Positions 10,421-21,150 of a stretch of 64,000 bases of DNA are shown one piece after another. The notes beneath the pieces were generated by a model. The model saw nothing but the letters and a program-made list of their open reading frames with translations, did no database searches and was not told the origin of the DNA. The first letter of the stretch is position 1; each line of letters starts with the position of its first letter. The stretch comes from Candidatus Latescibacterota bacterium. GTDB lineage: Bacteria; Latescibacterota; UBA2968; GCA-2709665. Where the stretch lies: assembly GCA_965219995.1 (NCBI GenBank), contig CBDCOX010000002.1, positions 864,001 through 928,000 of the forward strand, in the 5' to 3' direction. The position numbers and the translations under genes were made by a program.

Positions 10421-10599
10421 TGCGGGAAAAGCGACAGGCGCTGCAGGTGCATATTCACGAACTGGAAGAACTGGTCGAATCAATGCTCGCCCATGCGCGG
10501 TCCGGAAGCCAGGAGGCCAGGGAACGGCTTGTCCATGTACATCGCGAGGTGATGGATAAGCGGCATCGTCTAAAGGATCTATCCAGACAGGACGGATGA
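10417..10599 (+). CDS. Small helical hypothetical protein (60 aa)
   Basis: ATGA translational coupling to the upstream ORF; heptad-like charged sequence. Confidence 0.5.
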   Translation: MMREKRQALQVHIHELEELVESMLAHARSGSQEARERLVHVHREVMDKRHRLKDLSRQDG

Positions 10600-10699
10600 C
10601 GGTTGGGGTTGATCATGCGGAATATGGCGGGCGGGCTCCGGGATGCTTCCGGAAGTGAGGCCGCATTTTTCGCATTTTTTTTATTCTGTGCGGACTGAA

Positions 10700-11122
10700 A
10701 TGCGAGTACTTGCGGTTGACTACGGAACGAGACGCGTGGGCATGGCCGTTTCAGACGAACTCGGTGTGGCGGCGCGGGGTTTGCCGACTGTGCATGCGGC
10801 CTCACAGCGCTCAGCGGTGCTATCGGTCGCGCAGGTGGCCTCAGACGTCGGAGCAACCGCGCTGCTCGTCGGTCTGCCGCTCAACATGGACGGCAGCCGC
10901 GGGCCGATGGCTGAAGCTGCCGAAGCGTTCGCTACCGAACTGAGTCGAACGACGGAGTTGCCCGTTCGCCTCTGGGACGAGCGGCTGACCACGGTTGCCG
11001 CGCGTCGTGCGATCCGCGAGACAGGGTCGAGGCAGAGGAAGAAAGAGGGCGCGGTGGATCGAATGGCGGCGGTCCTGCTGCTGAATAACTTTCTGCAGGC
11101 GCAGGATTCAGAGATAACATGA
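10700..11122 (+). CDS. ruvX: YqgF/RuvX pre-16S rRNA nuclease
   Basis: MRVLAVDYGTRRVGMAVSD, VGLPLNMDG, WDERLTT, VDRMAA. Confidence 0.93.
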   Translation: MRVLAVDYGTRRVGMAVSDELGVAARGLPTVHAASQRSAVLSVAQVASDVGATALLVGLPLNMDGSRGPMAEAAEAFATELSRTTELPVRLWDERLTTVAARRAIRETGSRQRKKEGAVDRMAAVLLLNNFLQAQDSEIT

Positions 11123-12213
11123 CGCAACTCAATGGGAGAGACAACGTGGTGCCGGACGGTCCGGACGGCCGCCGGTCCTGGATGTCCCACAACCGCGGAC
11201 CGGCGATCGTCCGTACAATTGTCGCGCTCACGTGCATTGGCGCCGTGGGCTTCGTGCTGCTGGTCCTGACTTTGAACCGTTCCACGGGGTGGGGCCCCGG
11301 AGACGTCGTCATTCAGAAGGGCATGTCGGTCGAACAGATCGGCGGGCTTTTGCATAAGGAGGGCGTCATCAGGAGTCCGCGGCTGTTCATACTGTTTTCC
11401 CTCGCCGACCGTAACAGCAAAAACCTCAAAGCCGGAATTCACCATTTCCCGGAAGGCATGGACACCTGGGAGATCTTGCAGGAGCTGACCGTATCCAAAG
11501 CCGAATTCCACGAAGTGACGATACCGGAAGGGAGGACACTCCTTCAGACGCTCACGCGCCTCGCGGCAACGGCAGACCTCGACGAGCGCGAGTTGAGGCG
11601 AATCGCAACCGACCCGGGGTTTTGTCGCCGGCTGGGTGTCGATGCGGACAATCTCGAGGGTTACCTCTTTCCTGAAACCTACCGGTTCTCGCTGACAATG
11701 GACGAAGAACAGGTCATCCGGATGCTGATCGGGCAGTTCTTCGCGGTCTTCAACGGGAAGCTGAAGGAGCGCGCGCAGGAAATCGGAATGTCGGTGCATG
11801 AAGTTGTCACACTGGCCTCGATTATCGAAGGCGAGGCACAACTGGATGCGGAGCGATCGACAATCTCGGCGGTGTATCACAACCGGCTCAAGCAAGGGAT
11901 GTACCTCCAGGCCGACCCCACGATTCAATACGCCATCGAAGGGGGTCCACGCAGGTTGTTTTACAGAGATTACAAGATTGACTCCCCCTACAATACCTAT
12001 CGGCACAGGGGGCTGCCGCCGGGCCCCGTGATGAATCCGGGAGCGGCGTCGCTTACGGCGGCGCTGTTCCCGGCGAACGTGGACTACCTCTATTTTGTGG
12101 CGAGAGGCGACGGATCGCACGTGTTCAGCAGGACATCCCGGGAACACGACCAGGCGAAGCACAAGACAAGGCGCGCCAGAAGACGCAATTGGAAGCCGTT
12201 AGAGACGCCCTGA
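11119..12213 (+). CDS. mltG: Endolytic transglycosylase MltG
   Basis: N-terminal TM helix, TIPEG, LEGYLFPETY, LASIIEGE, LQADPT, SPYNTY, GLPPGP. Confidence 0.93.
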   Translation: MTQLNGRDNVVPDGPDGRRSWMSHNRGPAIVRTIVALTCIGAVGFVLLVLTLNRSTGWGPGDVVIQKGMSVEQIGGLLHKEGVIRSPRLFILFSLADRNSKNLKAGIHHFPEGMDTWEILQELTVSKAEFHEVTIPEGRTLLQTLTRLAATADLDERELRRIATDPGFCRRLGVDADNLEGYLFPETYRFSLTMDEEQVIRMLIGQFFAVFNGKLKERAQEIGMSVHEVVTLASIIEGEAQLDAERSTISAVYHNRLKQGMYLQADPTIQYAIEGGPRRLFYRDYKIDSPYNTYRHRGLPPGPVMNPGAASLTAALFPANVDYLYFVARGDGSHVFSRTSREHDQAKHKTRRARRRNWKPLETP

Positions 12214-12230
12214 AACAGGAAAGCAAAGGT

Positions 12231-14462
12231 ATGCAAGACATTCTGGAGGGGTTGAACGAACGACAGAAAGAAGCGGTGAGCATTGTGGATCGCCCGGTGC
12301 TCGTCCTGGCGGGGGCCGGGTCCGGAAAGACGCGTGTGCTGACCCACCGTCTCGCGTACCTGATCGAAGTCTGCGGCGTGAGCCCGGGCGCAATCGTGGC
12401 CATGACGTTCACCAACAAGGCAGCGGGGGAGATGAACGGCCGCGTCGAGGAACTGTTGAACCGAAACACCCGGAGCATGTGGCTTGGGACGTTTCACTCC
12501 CTGTGCGCGCGCATTTTGAGGCGGGAGTCCGGGGCGGCCGGCCTCGACGCCGATTTCTCCATCTACGATGCCGACGATCAGCTTGCGCTGATGCGGCAGG
12601 TGCTCCGGGATCAGGAGATCTCGGAGCGGCAGTTCCCCCCACGGCAGGTTCGGGCGCGCATCAGTTCCGAGAAAAGCCGGATGGTCGATCCGGTCGGTTT
12701 TGCGAAGCGTGCCGGCACCTATTACGAACAGCAGGTCGCCCGGATATATCGGCAGTACCAATCGGCCCTGCAACGGAACAATGCAGTAGATTTCGACGAC
12801 CTGCTTATGCTGACCGTACAGGCTTTCAGTGAATGTCCCGAGGTTCTGGCGAGGTACCGGGAACGGTTCGCGCACGTTTTGATCGACGAGTACCAGGACA
12901 CGAACCGCCCCCAATACCTTTTTGCGCGTCTGCTGGCAGAAGAACACGGCCGCATCTTCGTGGTCGGGGACGACGACCAGAGCATTTACGCGTGGCGCGG
13001 CGCGGACCTGGGAAATATCCTGAATTTCGAAAGGGATTTTCCCGATGCCTGCGTCATCCGTCTCGAACAGAACTATCGGTCGTCACAGGTGATTCTCGAC
13101 GCGGGAAACGCGGTGATCCGCAACAACCTCGGGCGTAAGGGAAAAGAGCTCTGGACGAATCGGGATCGGGGGGAACCCATTCAGTTGTTCCGATGTTCGG
13201 ATGAAGTGGATGAGGCCCAGCGGATCGCTCGTGAATTGAAACGCCTCCGGGCGTCGTATTCGTACGGACAGATTGCCGTGTTGTACCGTACGAACGCACA
13301 GTCCCGCGCGCTGGAAGACGGACTGCGGTTCCAGGCGATCCCGTATGTGATTGTGGGAGGCGTCAGATTTTACGAAAGAATGGAAGTCAAGGACATTCTG
13401 GCTTACCTGAGGCTGATCGTGAATCCCGGTGACTCAATCAGCCTGTACCGGATTGTCAATACGCCTCGACGCGGCATCGGGAAGACGTCACTCGCCAGGT
13501 TGGAATCCTATGCGGCAGGGAACGGAATCGCGCCGTTTGAGGCAATGTCCCGAGCCGCGGACATAGACGGGCTTACGGGCCGCGCGAAGAAAGCGATGGG
13601 TGGATTCTACGGGATGATGGAAGGATTCCGGCGCCGGGCGGAGGATGAACCGGCCCATATGCTGGCAGCGCGCGTCGTACAGGAAACCGGTTATCTGCAG
13701 ACACTCGAGGATCTGACGCCGGCCGAGACCGTCACCCGCTCGGAGAATGTGCAGGAACTGCTGGCGGCCATCGAGGATTTCGTACACAGGTCCGACCCGC
13801 CGACGTTGTCGGCTTTCTTGCGGGAAGTCGCACTGATCACCGACGTGGACCAGTGGCGTGAGGAAGCCGACGCCGTCACGTTGATGACGTTGCACAGCGC
13901 GAAGGGCCTGGAGTTTCCCGCTGTTTTCATTGCGGGTCTGGAAGAGGGCCTGTTCCCTATCCTCAGGGATCAGGACGATCCGGCTGCCGAAGAGGCGGCC
14001 GTGGAGGAAGAGCGGCGGTTGTTCTACGTCGGGGTGACGCGGGCGCAGGATCTGCTCCACCTGACCCATGCCGCGCAGCGCAGGCGGTACGGTGGCGCAA
14101 CGGTCAATGCCGAATCCAGATTCCTGCGGGAGATTCCGGATGGTCTGATCGTGCGCGCGGGCGCACTCCGTGAAGAATTACCGATAACGGAACCGCGAAA
14201 ACGGCCGAACGTCGTCGGCCCGATCCCCAGGGAAGCGGTCGCCGCTCGAGAGGATCCTCCAACGTCTGCGCCGATGGATGAATCGAATGACGGCGAACCG
14301 TTCCCTCTGGAAGCGGGTACCGCCGTTATCCATCCAAAACTGGGACGGGGGCGGGTCCTGGGTCGGACCGGAAGCGGTCCTGATACGAAACTCACGGTAT
14401 CCTTTCAGAACGGTTCCACGAAAAAGCTCGTTGTCCGTTTTGCCCGTCTTCGGCCGGGATGA
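12231..14462 (+). CDS. pcrA: UvrD/PcrA SF1 DNA helicase
   Basis: AGAGSGKT, TFTNKAA, DEYQDTN, VGDDDQSIY, HSAKGLEF, EERRLFYVG, Tudor-like C-terminus. Confidence 0.93.
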   Translation: MQDILEGLNERQKEAVSIVDRPVLVLAGAGSGKTRVLTHRLAYLIEVCGVSPGAIVAMTFTNKAAGEMNGRVEELLNRNTRSMWLGTFHSLCARILRRESGAAGLDADFSIYDADDQLALMRQVLRDQEISERQFPPRQVRARISSEKSRMVDPVGFAKRAGTYYEQQVARIYRQYQSALQRNNAVDFDDLLMLTVQAFSECPEVLARYRERFAHVLIDEYQDTNRPQYLFARLLAEEHGRIFVVGDDDQSIYAWRGADLGNILNFERDFPDACVIRLEQNYRSSQVILDAGNAVIRNNLGRKGKELWTNRDRGEPIQLFRCSDEVDEAQRIARELKRLRASYSYGQIAVLYRTNAQSRALEDGLRFQAIPYVIVGGVRFYERMEVKDILAYLRLIVNPGDSISLYRIVNTPRRGIGKTSLARLESYAAGNGIAPFEAMSRAADIDGLTGRAKKAMGGFYGMMEGFRRRAEDEPAHMLAARVVQETGYLQTLEDLTPAETVTRSENVQELLAAIEDFVHRSDPPTLSAFLREVALITDVDQWREEADAVTLMTLHSAKGLEFPAVFIAGLEEGLFPILRDQDDPAAEEAAVEEERRLFYVGVTRAQDLLHLTHAAQRRRYGGATVNAESRFLREIPDGLIVRAGALREELPITEPRKRPNVVGPIPREAVAAREDPPTSAPMDESNDGEPFPLEAGTAVIHPKLGRGRVLGRTGSGPDTKLTVSFQNGSTKKLVVRFARLRPG

Positions 14463-14594
14463 TCCGAAGCCGGACGAACATCCGGCTGTCCGTCTTCGTC
14501 GCCAGAATCCTCTTGATTTCGAGGTGAATTTGCCACATATTACAATCGCGGTGAAGACGAGATATAGTGCCAATCCATTCCCATGGGTTTGTTG

Positions 14595-14882
14595 ATGTCG
14601 GTTACGCTGGAAGACGTACGAAAGGTGGCGCAACTTGCACGGCTGAGGTTCGACAGGGAAGAGGAAGAACGGCTGGTTGTCGACCTGAATCAGATGCTGG
14701 ACTATGCGACCGCCCTCGAAAACCTGGATACGTGCGGCGTTTCGCCCACGTCGCACGTACTGCCTGTATACAACGTGTTTCGCGAGGATACGCCCGTTCC
14801 CTGTCTTTCACAGACGGAAGCCCTGTCGAATGCGCCCAGTTCCGGCCACGGCCATTTCAGGGTTCCCAAAGTTATCGAATGA
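14595..14882 (+). CDS. gatC: Asp/Glu-tRNA amidotransferase subunit C
   Basis: VRKVAQLARL...NVFRED...ALSNAP...FRVPKVIE. Confidence 0.92.
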   Translation: MSVTLEDVRKVAQLARLRFDREEEERLVVDLNQMLDYATALENLDTCGVSPTSHVLPVYNVFREDTPVPCLSQTEALSNAPSSGHGHFRVPKVIE

Positions 14883-14939
14883 CTCCCGGCGGTGGTTTTA
14901 TCAACACCGCCGTTCTTTGTTGTATGCGTGGAGGAGCGG

Positions 14940-16727
14940 ATGGCCAAGCGGAGTGATTACTACGGCCCCAAATACATCGTCGTCGCCGGCGGTGTGATGA
15001 GCGGTGTGGGCAAGGGCCTTGCCACGGCGTCCATCGGCAAAATCCTGCAGCAGCACGGATACAAGGCGACAGCGATAAAGATCGATCCGTATCTCAACTA
15101 CGACGCCGGCACCCTGCGTCCGACCGAACACGGAGAAGTGTGGGTCACGGACGACGGCGGCGAGATCGACCTGGACCTCGGGAACTACGAGAGATTCCTG
15201 GGACTCGATCTTCCCAGGACGAACAACCTGACCACGGGCCAGATCTACCATACCGTCATCGAGCGGGAACGCCGCGGAGAGTATCTGGGCAAGACCGTTC
15301 AGCCGATACCCCACATCACCGACGAGATCAAGCAGCGAATCACCGACTCGGCAGACGGGTTCGACATTGCGCTGGTTGAAATCGGTGGCACAATTGGCGA
15401 CGACGAGAATCGGCCCTTCCTGTTTGCAATGAAAAGCCTCGAACGGGAGGTAGGCGAGGAAAACGTCATCTACGTGCTGGTTACGTATCTTCCGGTGCCC
15501 GGTCACGTGGGGGAAATGAAAACCAAGCCCACTCAGCATGCGATCCGGTCCTTGAGCGAAAACGGAATATTCGCGGACTTCATCATCTGCCGCGCGGTTG
15601 AGGCGCTCGATGACGTGAGGAAGCGAAAAATCGAGGTTTCGGCGAATATCTCGGCGGACCGGATTATCTCCGCACCCGACGTGGACAGCATCTACCAGGT
15701 TCCGCTGGAATATGAAAAAGACCGGCTGGGCGAGAAAATCCTGGATGAGTTCGGTCTGGCTCCCAAGAAGGCCCCCGACTGGGAGCGATGGTGTGAGTTG
15801 CTGGAGATGATTCGCGTACCGAGGGAACGGGTGCGCGTGGCGATGGTAGGCAAATATGTCGGAATAGGGGATTATGAATTTCAGGATTCCTATATCTCCG
15901 TCAACCAATCCCTGGAACACGCGGGCGCACTGCTCGACACCAAGGTGGAAATCGACTGGATAGATTCCAACCGCCTGGAACACCACGACGTCGGCGAAGT
16001 GCTCGCCGGATATCATGGTATTATTGTGCCCGGAGCGTTTGGAGAAGGCGGCGCCGAAGGCGCCATCAACGCCGTCCGTTACGCCAGGGAAAACGAGGTG
16101 CCCTTCCTGGGGCTGTGTTACGGCCTGCAGATGGTCGTGGTGGAATACGCGCGCCACGTGGCCGGATTGAGCGATGCGAATTCCGCCGAAATGGATCCCG
16201 ATTCGCCGCACGCAGTCATCGACATTCAGTATGCGCAGCGGCAGATCATCGAAGAAAACCGGTACGGAGGCACCATGAGGCTGGGAGGATACGCGGCCGT
16301 ATTGCGACGGGAATCCCGGGTGCTGGACCTCTACGAGCGAACGGGAAGGCTGGAGGAGGACTCATGGCGGATCCGACAACTGCGGGAGCGCCCCGATCAG
16401 ATGTTCCGGTGCGGTGTGATTCTTCCCAGCGAGAATGCGGTGGTTGAGCGGCATCGGCACCGGTATGAAGTCGCACCGAAATACGTGGACCTGCTCGAGG
16501 AATACGGGCTGTTCTTTTCGGGTTTCCACCGGAGGGAGGATGGCACCAAGCTGATGGAGTTCGCGGAACTGCACGATCATCCGTTCTTTGTCTCAACCCA
16601 GGCGCATCCCGAGTTCAAGTCCCGTCTGGAACGCCCTGCGCCGCTGTTTTATGGACTGATCAACGCGTGCATCCGCTATTCCGGTACGGGCCGGGAGGAA
16701 TCCGTGCAAATCGAGATAGAGACGTGA
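14940..16727 (+). CDS. pyrG: CTP synthase
   Basis: GGVMSGVGKG, KIDPYLN, EHGEV, KTKPTQH, GLCYG, RHRHRYE, QAHPEF; GAGGAG RBS. Confidence 0.95.
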   Translation: MAKRSDYYGPKYIVVAGGVMSGVGKGLATASIGKILQQHGYKATAIKIDPYLNYDAGTLRPTEHGEVWVTDDGGEIDLDLGNYERFLGLDLPRTNNLTTGQIYHTVIERERRGEYLGKTVQPIPHITDEIKQRITDSADGFDIALVEIGGTIGDDENRPFLFAMKSLEREVGEENVIYVLVTYLPVPGHVGEMKTKPTQHAIRSLSENGIFADFIICRAVEALDDVRKRKIEVSANISADRIISAPDVDSIYQVPLEYEKDRLGEKILDEFGLAPKKAPDWERWCELLEMIRVPRERVRVAMVGKYVGIGDYEFQDSYISVNQSLEHAGALLDTKVEIDWIDSNRLEHHDVGEVLAGYHGIIVPGAFGEGGAEGAINAVRYARENEVPFLGLCYGLQMVVVEYARHVAGLSDANSAEMDPDSPHAVIDIQYAQRQIIEENRYGGTMRLGGYAAVLRRESRVLDLYERTGRLEEDSWRIRQLRERPDQMFRCGVILPSENAVVERHRHRYEVAPKYVDLLEEYGLFFSGFHRREDGTKLMEFAELHDHPFFVSTQAHPEFKSRLERPAPLFYGLINACIRYSGTGREESVQIEIET

Positions 16728-17281
16728 AATCCGGCCGGAGGTCCCCGGTCCCACTCGGGATTTGCCTGATCTTCGCTTTGATATCGTGCTGTTCGCCGCC
16801 TACCCGGCATTCATCATCACATGAAATATCCAAACCACCGGATCAGGAGGCCTGGGGATGGAACACGGTGGTCACCCGAAACGGCAGAAAACGCGCCGAG
16901 GTGGCAGCCGGTCATTTCCGGAAATATGATCGCACGTTAACGGCCCTCCTCGACAGCGGGGTGGCGGTTTCATTTTACGACGGGTCCGGGCGAAACAAAG
17001 TATCGGAATTAACCGCACTGGAGGCGGAGATTCACGAAGCGACCGGTGAATTGGTGGCCATGGGCCAGGTCGCCGTGGTCGCCAGTAACGGAACCACACT
17101 GGAAACCGAAACGCTGCGCTGGAACCGCGAAACAGATCGAATCAACGGAAACGGGAGGATGACCCTCACGCGTCCTGACGGCGAAGAGACCGGGGTTGGA
17201 TTCGAGGCGTCATCCGATCTGACATGGTGGAAGATGCACCAGGTCTCTACGCGCCTGAGCGGTTCAGATTCCCTCCGGTAG
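16724..17281 (+). CDS. lptC: LPS export protein LptC
   Basis: Hydrophobic N-terminus ending in Cys, beta-jellyroll pattern (LETETLRWN, GVGF), GTGA coupling to pyrG, gene context. Confidence 0.75.
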   Translation: MKSGRRSPVPLGICLIFALISCCSPPTRHSSSHEISKPPDQEAWGWNTVVTRNGRKRAEVAAGHFRKYDRTLTALLDSGVAVSFYDGSGRNKVSELTALEAEIHEATGELVAMGQVAVVASNGTTLETETLRWNRETDRINGNGRMTLTRPDGEETGVGFEASSDLTWWKMHQVSTRLSGSDSLR

Positions 17282-17323
17282 CTGTTCGTCCATCCGCTCA
17301 TCGTCCCCGTCCCTTCCCTCTTT

Positions 17324-18646
17324 ATGCGCTTCTCCGGTCTTTTTTTGGTTTTCCTCGCCACGGCCTTCCCTGCACACGCGACAGAGCTGATTCGTGCCGA
17401 CCGCAGTGAAACCGTTCTGCGTGATTCCGGCGTTTTGCGGATTGAAGCGGGCAATGTGTCGTATCGGCAAACGGAACGGCTGCTCAGCGTCAATGCAGAT
17501 TCCGCGCGTCTGTGGATTCCGGGCGAGGGGTTGTCGGAAGCGAAATTTTTCGGTCGGGTCGTTTACCGGGATTCGGCAAGACAGCTGGACGCCGACAACC
17601 TGACGTACCTTCCCCGCACGGAGGTGGGGACCTTTTCCGGTAAGGTGCGAGTCACCGAAAATGACCGCCTCCTGACGGCACGGAGGGTGGCATACCACAA
17701 GAATGAGCACCGGTTGGATGCCGACGGCGGGGTGACGTTGAGTTACGGCCGGCAGGGTATCTTTCTGCGTGCACCGGAAATGACGTATCATGTGTTGCCG
17801 GATTCGGGTTCAGGCACCGGTGGCGTTCAAGCCGTACGTGTGCCGGAACCATCGGGTGATTCGCTTACGGTCCGGTCGGATTCGATGGTCTTCGCCAACC
17901 GTGGTGATCGCATCGAGTTCCGGGGCCGGGTCCGTATGAAACACGCCGGAATGGTGGCGGGTGCGCCTCTCGGCCGCTTTTCCCGGGGGGCGGACCGGCT
18001 GGAACTGGACGGAGGGACATCCGCTGTCTGGATTCAGCACGATGAAGCTCGGGCCGATTCGGTGACATTGAACGCCGAAAGGATGCAGGTTCACGGCGCT
18101 GGCGGGAGTACGCTGGATGAAATTGTACTTGTCGGCGACTCCCGGCTGTGGATGGAATCCGCACTACCGGAGCCTGACAGATCGCAAACGGTCAACGGAG
18201 ACTCTGTTGTGCTGGGCATGGCACGGGGGAGGATCGTTACTGTAGATGCATCGGGCGATGCGTCAGCAATGGTGACCGCGCGGAACGGCGCCACCGTGGA
18301 CCTCAAGGGTCAACAGATATCCTTGAACTTTCTGAATGGGGATCTCGACAGCCTGACGGTTCAGGGGATCGGCAATGGCGCCTACGTCTCATCAGACAGC
18401 GCAACCGTAAGTCGGATTTCCGGCGGCACGATCGCGTTCGGTTTCGACCAGGGCGCCGTACGTTACGTCGCGGTCATTGAATCCGCCCGATGTACGCACC
18501 GTTCGGAGACCGACAAAACCGGAGACATCCAGCTCTCGGGAGATCGTGTGGACCTGGTCTTCAGTGGCGACCGGCTTACCGATGTTCGGGCCGAAGGCGG
18601 GGTTCGTGGCCGATACAAGCCGGTTGAAACCGGAGAAGCGCCGTGA
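17324..18646 (+). CDS. Long OstA/LptA-like beta-jellyroll protein
   Basis: Signal peptide, repeated G-x-V / L-x-A-D-x-x-x-Y strands, located between lptC and lptB. Confidence 0.7.
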   Translation: MRFSGLFLVFLATAFPAHATELIRADRSETVLRDSGVLRIEAGNVSYRQTERLLSVNADSARLWIPGEGLSEAKFFGRVVYRDSARQLDADNLTYLPRTEVGTFSGKVRVTENDRLLTARRVAYHKNEHRLDADGGVTLSYGRQGIFLRAPEMTYHVLPDSGSGTGGVQAVRVPEPSGDSLTVRSDSMVFANRGDRIEFRGRVRMKHAGMVAGAPLGRFSRGADRLELDGGTSAVWIQHDEARADSVTLNAERMQVHGAGGSTLDEIVLVGDSRLWMESALPEPDRSQTVNGDSVVLGMARGRIVTVDASGDASAMVTARNGATVDLKGQQISLNFLNGDLDSLTVQGIGNGAYVSSDSATVSRISGGTIAFGFDQGAVRYVAVIESARCTHRSETDKTGDIQLSGDRVDLVFSGDRLTDVRAEGGVRGRYKPVETGEAP

Positions 18647-19365
18647 TTCTGAAGGCCCGGAACCTGGTAAAGTCGTACCAGCGCCAGCGGGTTGTCGACG
18701 GCGTCGGCCTCGAGGTGAATCCCGGTGAGGTCGTGGGTCTTCTGGGCCCGAATGGGGCGGGAAAAACCACTACCTTTCATCTGATTGTGGGGCTGATTCC
18801 GTGCAACCAGGGGGAAATCTTCCTCGGCAACGAGGAAATAACCGGCCTGCCGATGTACATCAGGGCGCGAAAGGGCATCGGTTATCTCGCTCAGGAACCC
18901 TCTGTCTTTCGAAGACTCTCCGTGAGACTGAACATTCTTGCGGTGCTGGAAACACTTCACCTGACGCACGCAGAACAGGAATGCCGGCTCGAAGAACTTC
19001 TGCAGGAACTTGGACTCTCCGGTCTCGCTGATCGCAGGGCGGACCGGCTCTCGGGCGGCGAAGCCCGCAGATTGGAGATTACCCGCGCTCTGGCCAGGCG
19101 TCCCAGGTTCCTGCTGCTGGATGAACCGTTTGCGGGAATCGATCCGAAGGCGGTCGAAGATATCCAGGCGATCATCCAGACACTGAAGAAACGTCGCATC
19201 GGACTTCTGATTACCGATCACAATGTACGCGAAACCCTGGCGATCACCGACAGGTCTTATATACTCTCCAGCGGCAGGATTCTGACCTCCGGCAGCCCGG
19301 TCGCACTGGCAGAAAATCCGGAAGTGCGGCGCGTATACCTCGGGGACAGGTTCCGATTGGACTGA
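18643..19365 (+). CDS. lptB: LPS export ABC ATPase
   Basis: [47 protein letters not shown]. Confidence 0.95.
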   Translation: MILKARNLVKSYQRQRVVDGVGLEVNPGEVVGLLGPNGAGKTTTFHLIVGLIPCNQGEIFLGNEEITGLPMYIRARKGIGYLAQEPSVFRRLSVRLNILAVLETLHLTHAEQECRLEELLQELGLSGLADRRADRLSGGEARRLEITRALARRPRFLLLDEPFAGIDPKAVEDIQAIIQTLKKRRIGLLITDHNVRETLAITDRSYILSSGRILTSGSPVALAENPEVRRVYLGDRFRLD

Positions 19366-19378
19366 CAGAAAAATGGGA

Positions 19379-19407
19379 TTGTCAGGCGATCCTGTTTTCC
19401 TTATAAT
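19379..19407 (+). promoter_or_regulatory. Putative sigma70 promoter of rpoN
   Basis: TTGTCA-N17-TATAAT. Confidence 0.65.
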
Positions 19408-19540
19408 TTCCTCACGCAGCCAACGGGCTCCGGATCGAACGTCGACCAGGTTGATCGGCCGGATCACGCGAGTGTCGCAATTCGCAACACTTTGATAATA
19501 CAGATTTTAAACGTATTTTCGTCAGTGACCCTGGACGCCT

Positions 19541-21010
19541 ATGATTCAACTGACCCAGACCGTTTCTCTTCAACAGAAGCTGGCGCCGCAACTCATCCAG
19601 TCCTTGCGGCTCCTGCAGATGCCTTCGCTGGAATTGGAGCAACTGATTCAGCAGGAATTGCAGTCCAATCCGCTTCTGGAAATCTCCGAAGAGACCAATC
19701 GAGACGACGAGGAATGGGACCTGGAGTCGGACCGTTCGGATGCGGAAGATACCGACACCGGAAGGAAGGATCCGGACGACGGGGATCCACCGGAGCTTGA
19801 ATTCGGCGACGCGGCAATGGCCGACGGCCGGTTCGATGAAAACCAGTGGAACGAACTCCTTAACGACGCCGGATATACCGCGCCCCGTCAGGAGTTCGAC
19901 CCCAATGCCGAAGATTGGGAGTACGACGGCGCGGGGCAGCAGTCATTGGAAGCGGAATTGCGAGCCCAGCTCTCCCTTTCCGACTTGGACGATGACGAGC
20001 GAAAGATCGGTGAGTACATCATCGGCAACATCGATGAAGATGGCTTTCTACAGGCACAAGTCGGGGACGTTGCCGACGTGCTGGGCGAAGATCCGGGGAC
20101 CGTGGAACGGATTCTGCTTGTAATACAGGCCTTCGATCCACCTGGCGTGGGCGCAAGAAATCTCCAGGAATGCCTGGCGATCCAGCTCCGAGAGAAGGGG
20201 CTGGAGGATTCGCTCGCAATGAGGATCGTGTGCGACCACTGGGACGACCTGGTAAACCGCCGATACATGAAAATAGGCAGGTCACTTGGGGCGGACCGGG
20301 CCGCAATTGCCCACGCCGAAGGCGTGATCTCCGGCTTGAATCCCAAGCCGATGATCTACAGGGAAGGCCGTATCAACCACAATCTGGTTGTACCCGACCT
20401 CGAGGTTCAGAAGGTCGGCGATGAGTACGTGGTGTCGCTGATCGACCGCGATCTGCCCACCCTGCGAGTCAGCCCGGTCTACAGGACACTGTTGAGCAAG
20501 TCGGGTAAACCGGGGAGCCAGGCCAGGAAATTCGTGGTGGATCGCCTGAATTCGGCCCGCTGGTTCATCAGCGCCATCAATCAGCGCCGAACCACCATGC
20601 TCAAGGTGATGCGGTGTATTGTCGACAACCAACTCGCATTCTTCGACAAGGGCGTCGGATTCCTGAAGCCCATGGTTCTGCAGGAGGTTGCCGACCGGGT
20701 CGACATGCACGTTTCGACGATCAGTCGCGTCAGTAACGGGAAATACGTACAGACGCCACACGGTGTATTCGAACTGAAGTACTTTTTCGACGGCGGGTTG
20801 TCCCGCAACAACGGCGAAGACATCGCTGCGCGGAGCGTAAAACAGAAGATCGCCAGGCTGATTGCGGAGGAGAACGCCACCAGGCCCCTGAGCGATCAGA
20901 AAATCGCCAACCTGCTGAAAGACGACGGTATCGCGATTGCCCGCCGCACGGTAGCCAAATACAGAGATCAGTTGAAGATCAATCCGGCCAGGTACAGAAA
21001 GTCAATCTGA
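19541..21010 (+). CDS. rpoN: RNA polymerase sigma-54 factor
   Basis: Gln/Leu-rich region I, HVSTISR, ELKYFF, RpoN box ARRTVAKYR. Confidence 0.97.
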   Translation: MIQLTQTVSLQQKLAPQLIQSLRLLQMPSLELEQLIQQELQSNPLLEISEETNRDDEEWDLESDRSDAEDTDTGRKDPDDGDPPELEFGDAAMADGRFDENQWNELLNDAGYTAPRQEFDPNAEDWEYDGAGQQSLEAELRAQLSLSDLDDDERKIGEYIIGNIDEDGFLQAQVGDVADVLGEDPGTVERILLVIQAFDPPGVGARNLQECLAIQLREKGLEDSLAMRIVCDHWDDLVNRRYMKIGRSLGADRAAIAHAEGVISGLNPKPMIYREGRINHNLVVPDLEVQKVGDEYVVSLIDRDLPTLRVSPVYRTLLSKSGKPGSQARKFVVDRLNSARWFISAINQRRTTMLKVMRCIVDNQLAFFDKGVGFLKPMVLQEVADRVDMHVSTISRVSNGKYVQTPHGVFELKYFFDGGLSRNNGEDIAARSVKQKIARLIAEENATRPLSDQKIANLLKDDGIAIARRTVAKYRDQLKINPARYRKSI

Positions 21011-21037
21011 AAGCGGAAATACCACCAGCATCGGAAT

Positions 21038-21098
21038 AAAAAAACCGGCGGAATCTGGAGCGCAGGCGGTTAGCGGCTCCGGTCCCGCCGGTTTTTTT
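21038..21098. terminator. Bidirectional intrinsic terminator
   Basis: A7-CCGGCGG..TGGAGC-loop-GCTCCGG..CCGCCGG-T7 between convergent genes. Confidence 0.75.
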
Positions 21099-21150
21099 GT
21101 CACTGTGTACGTGTTGTCGGCGCCACGTCGCTGTTTTTGTCGTATTGAGG

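Noticed and set aside
8055-10600. Genomic island integrated at tRNA-Arg
   Set aside because: No integrase and no repeat of the tRNA 3' end was found by eye.
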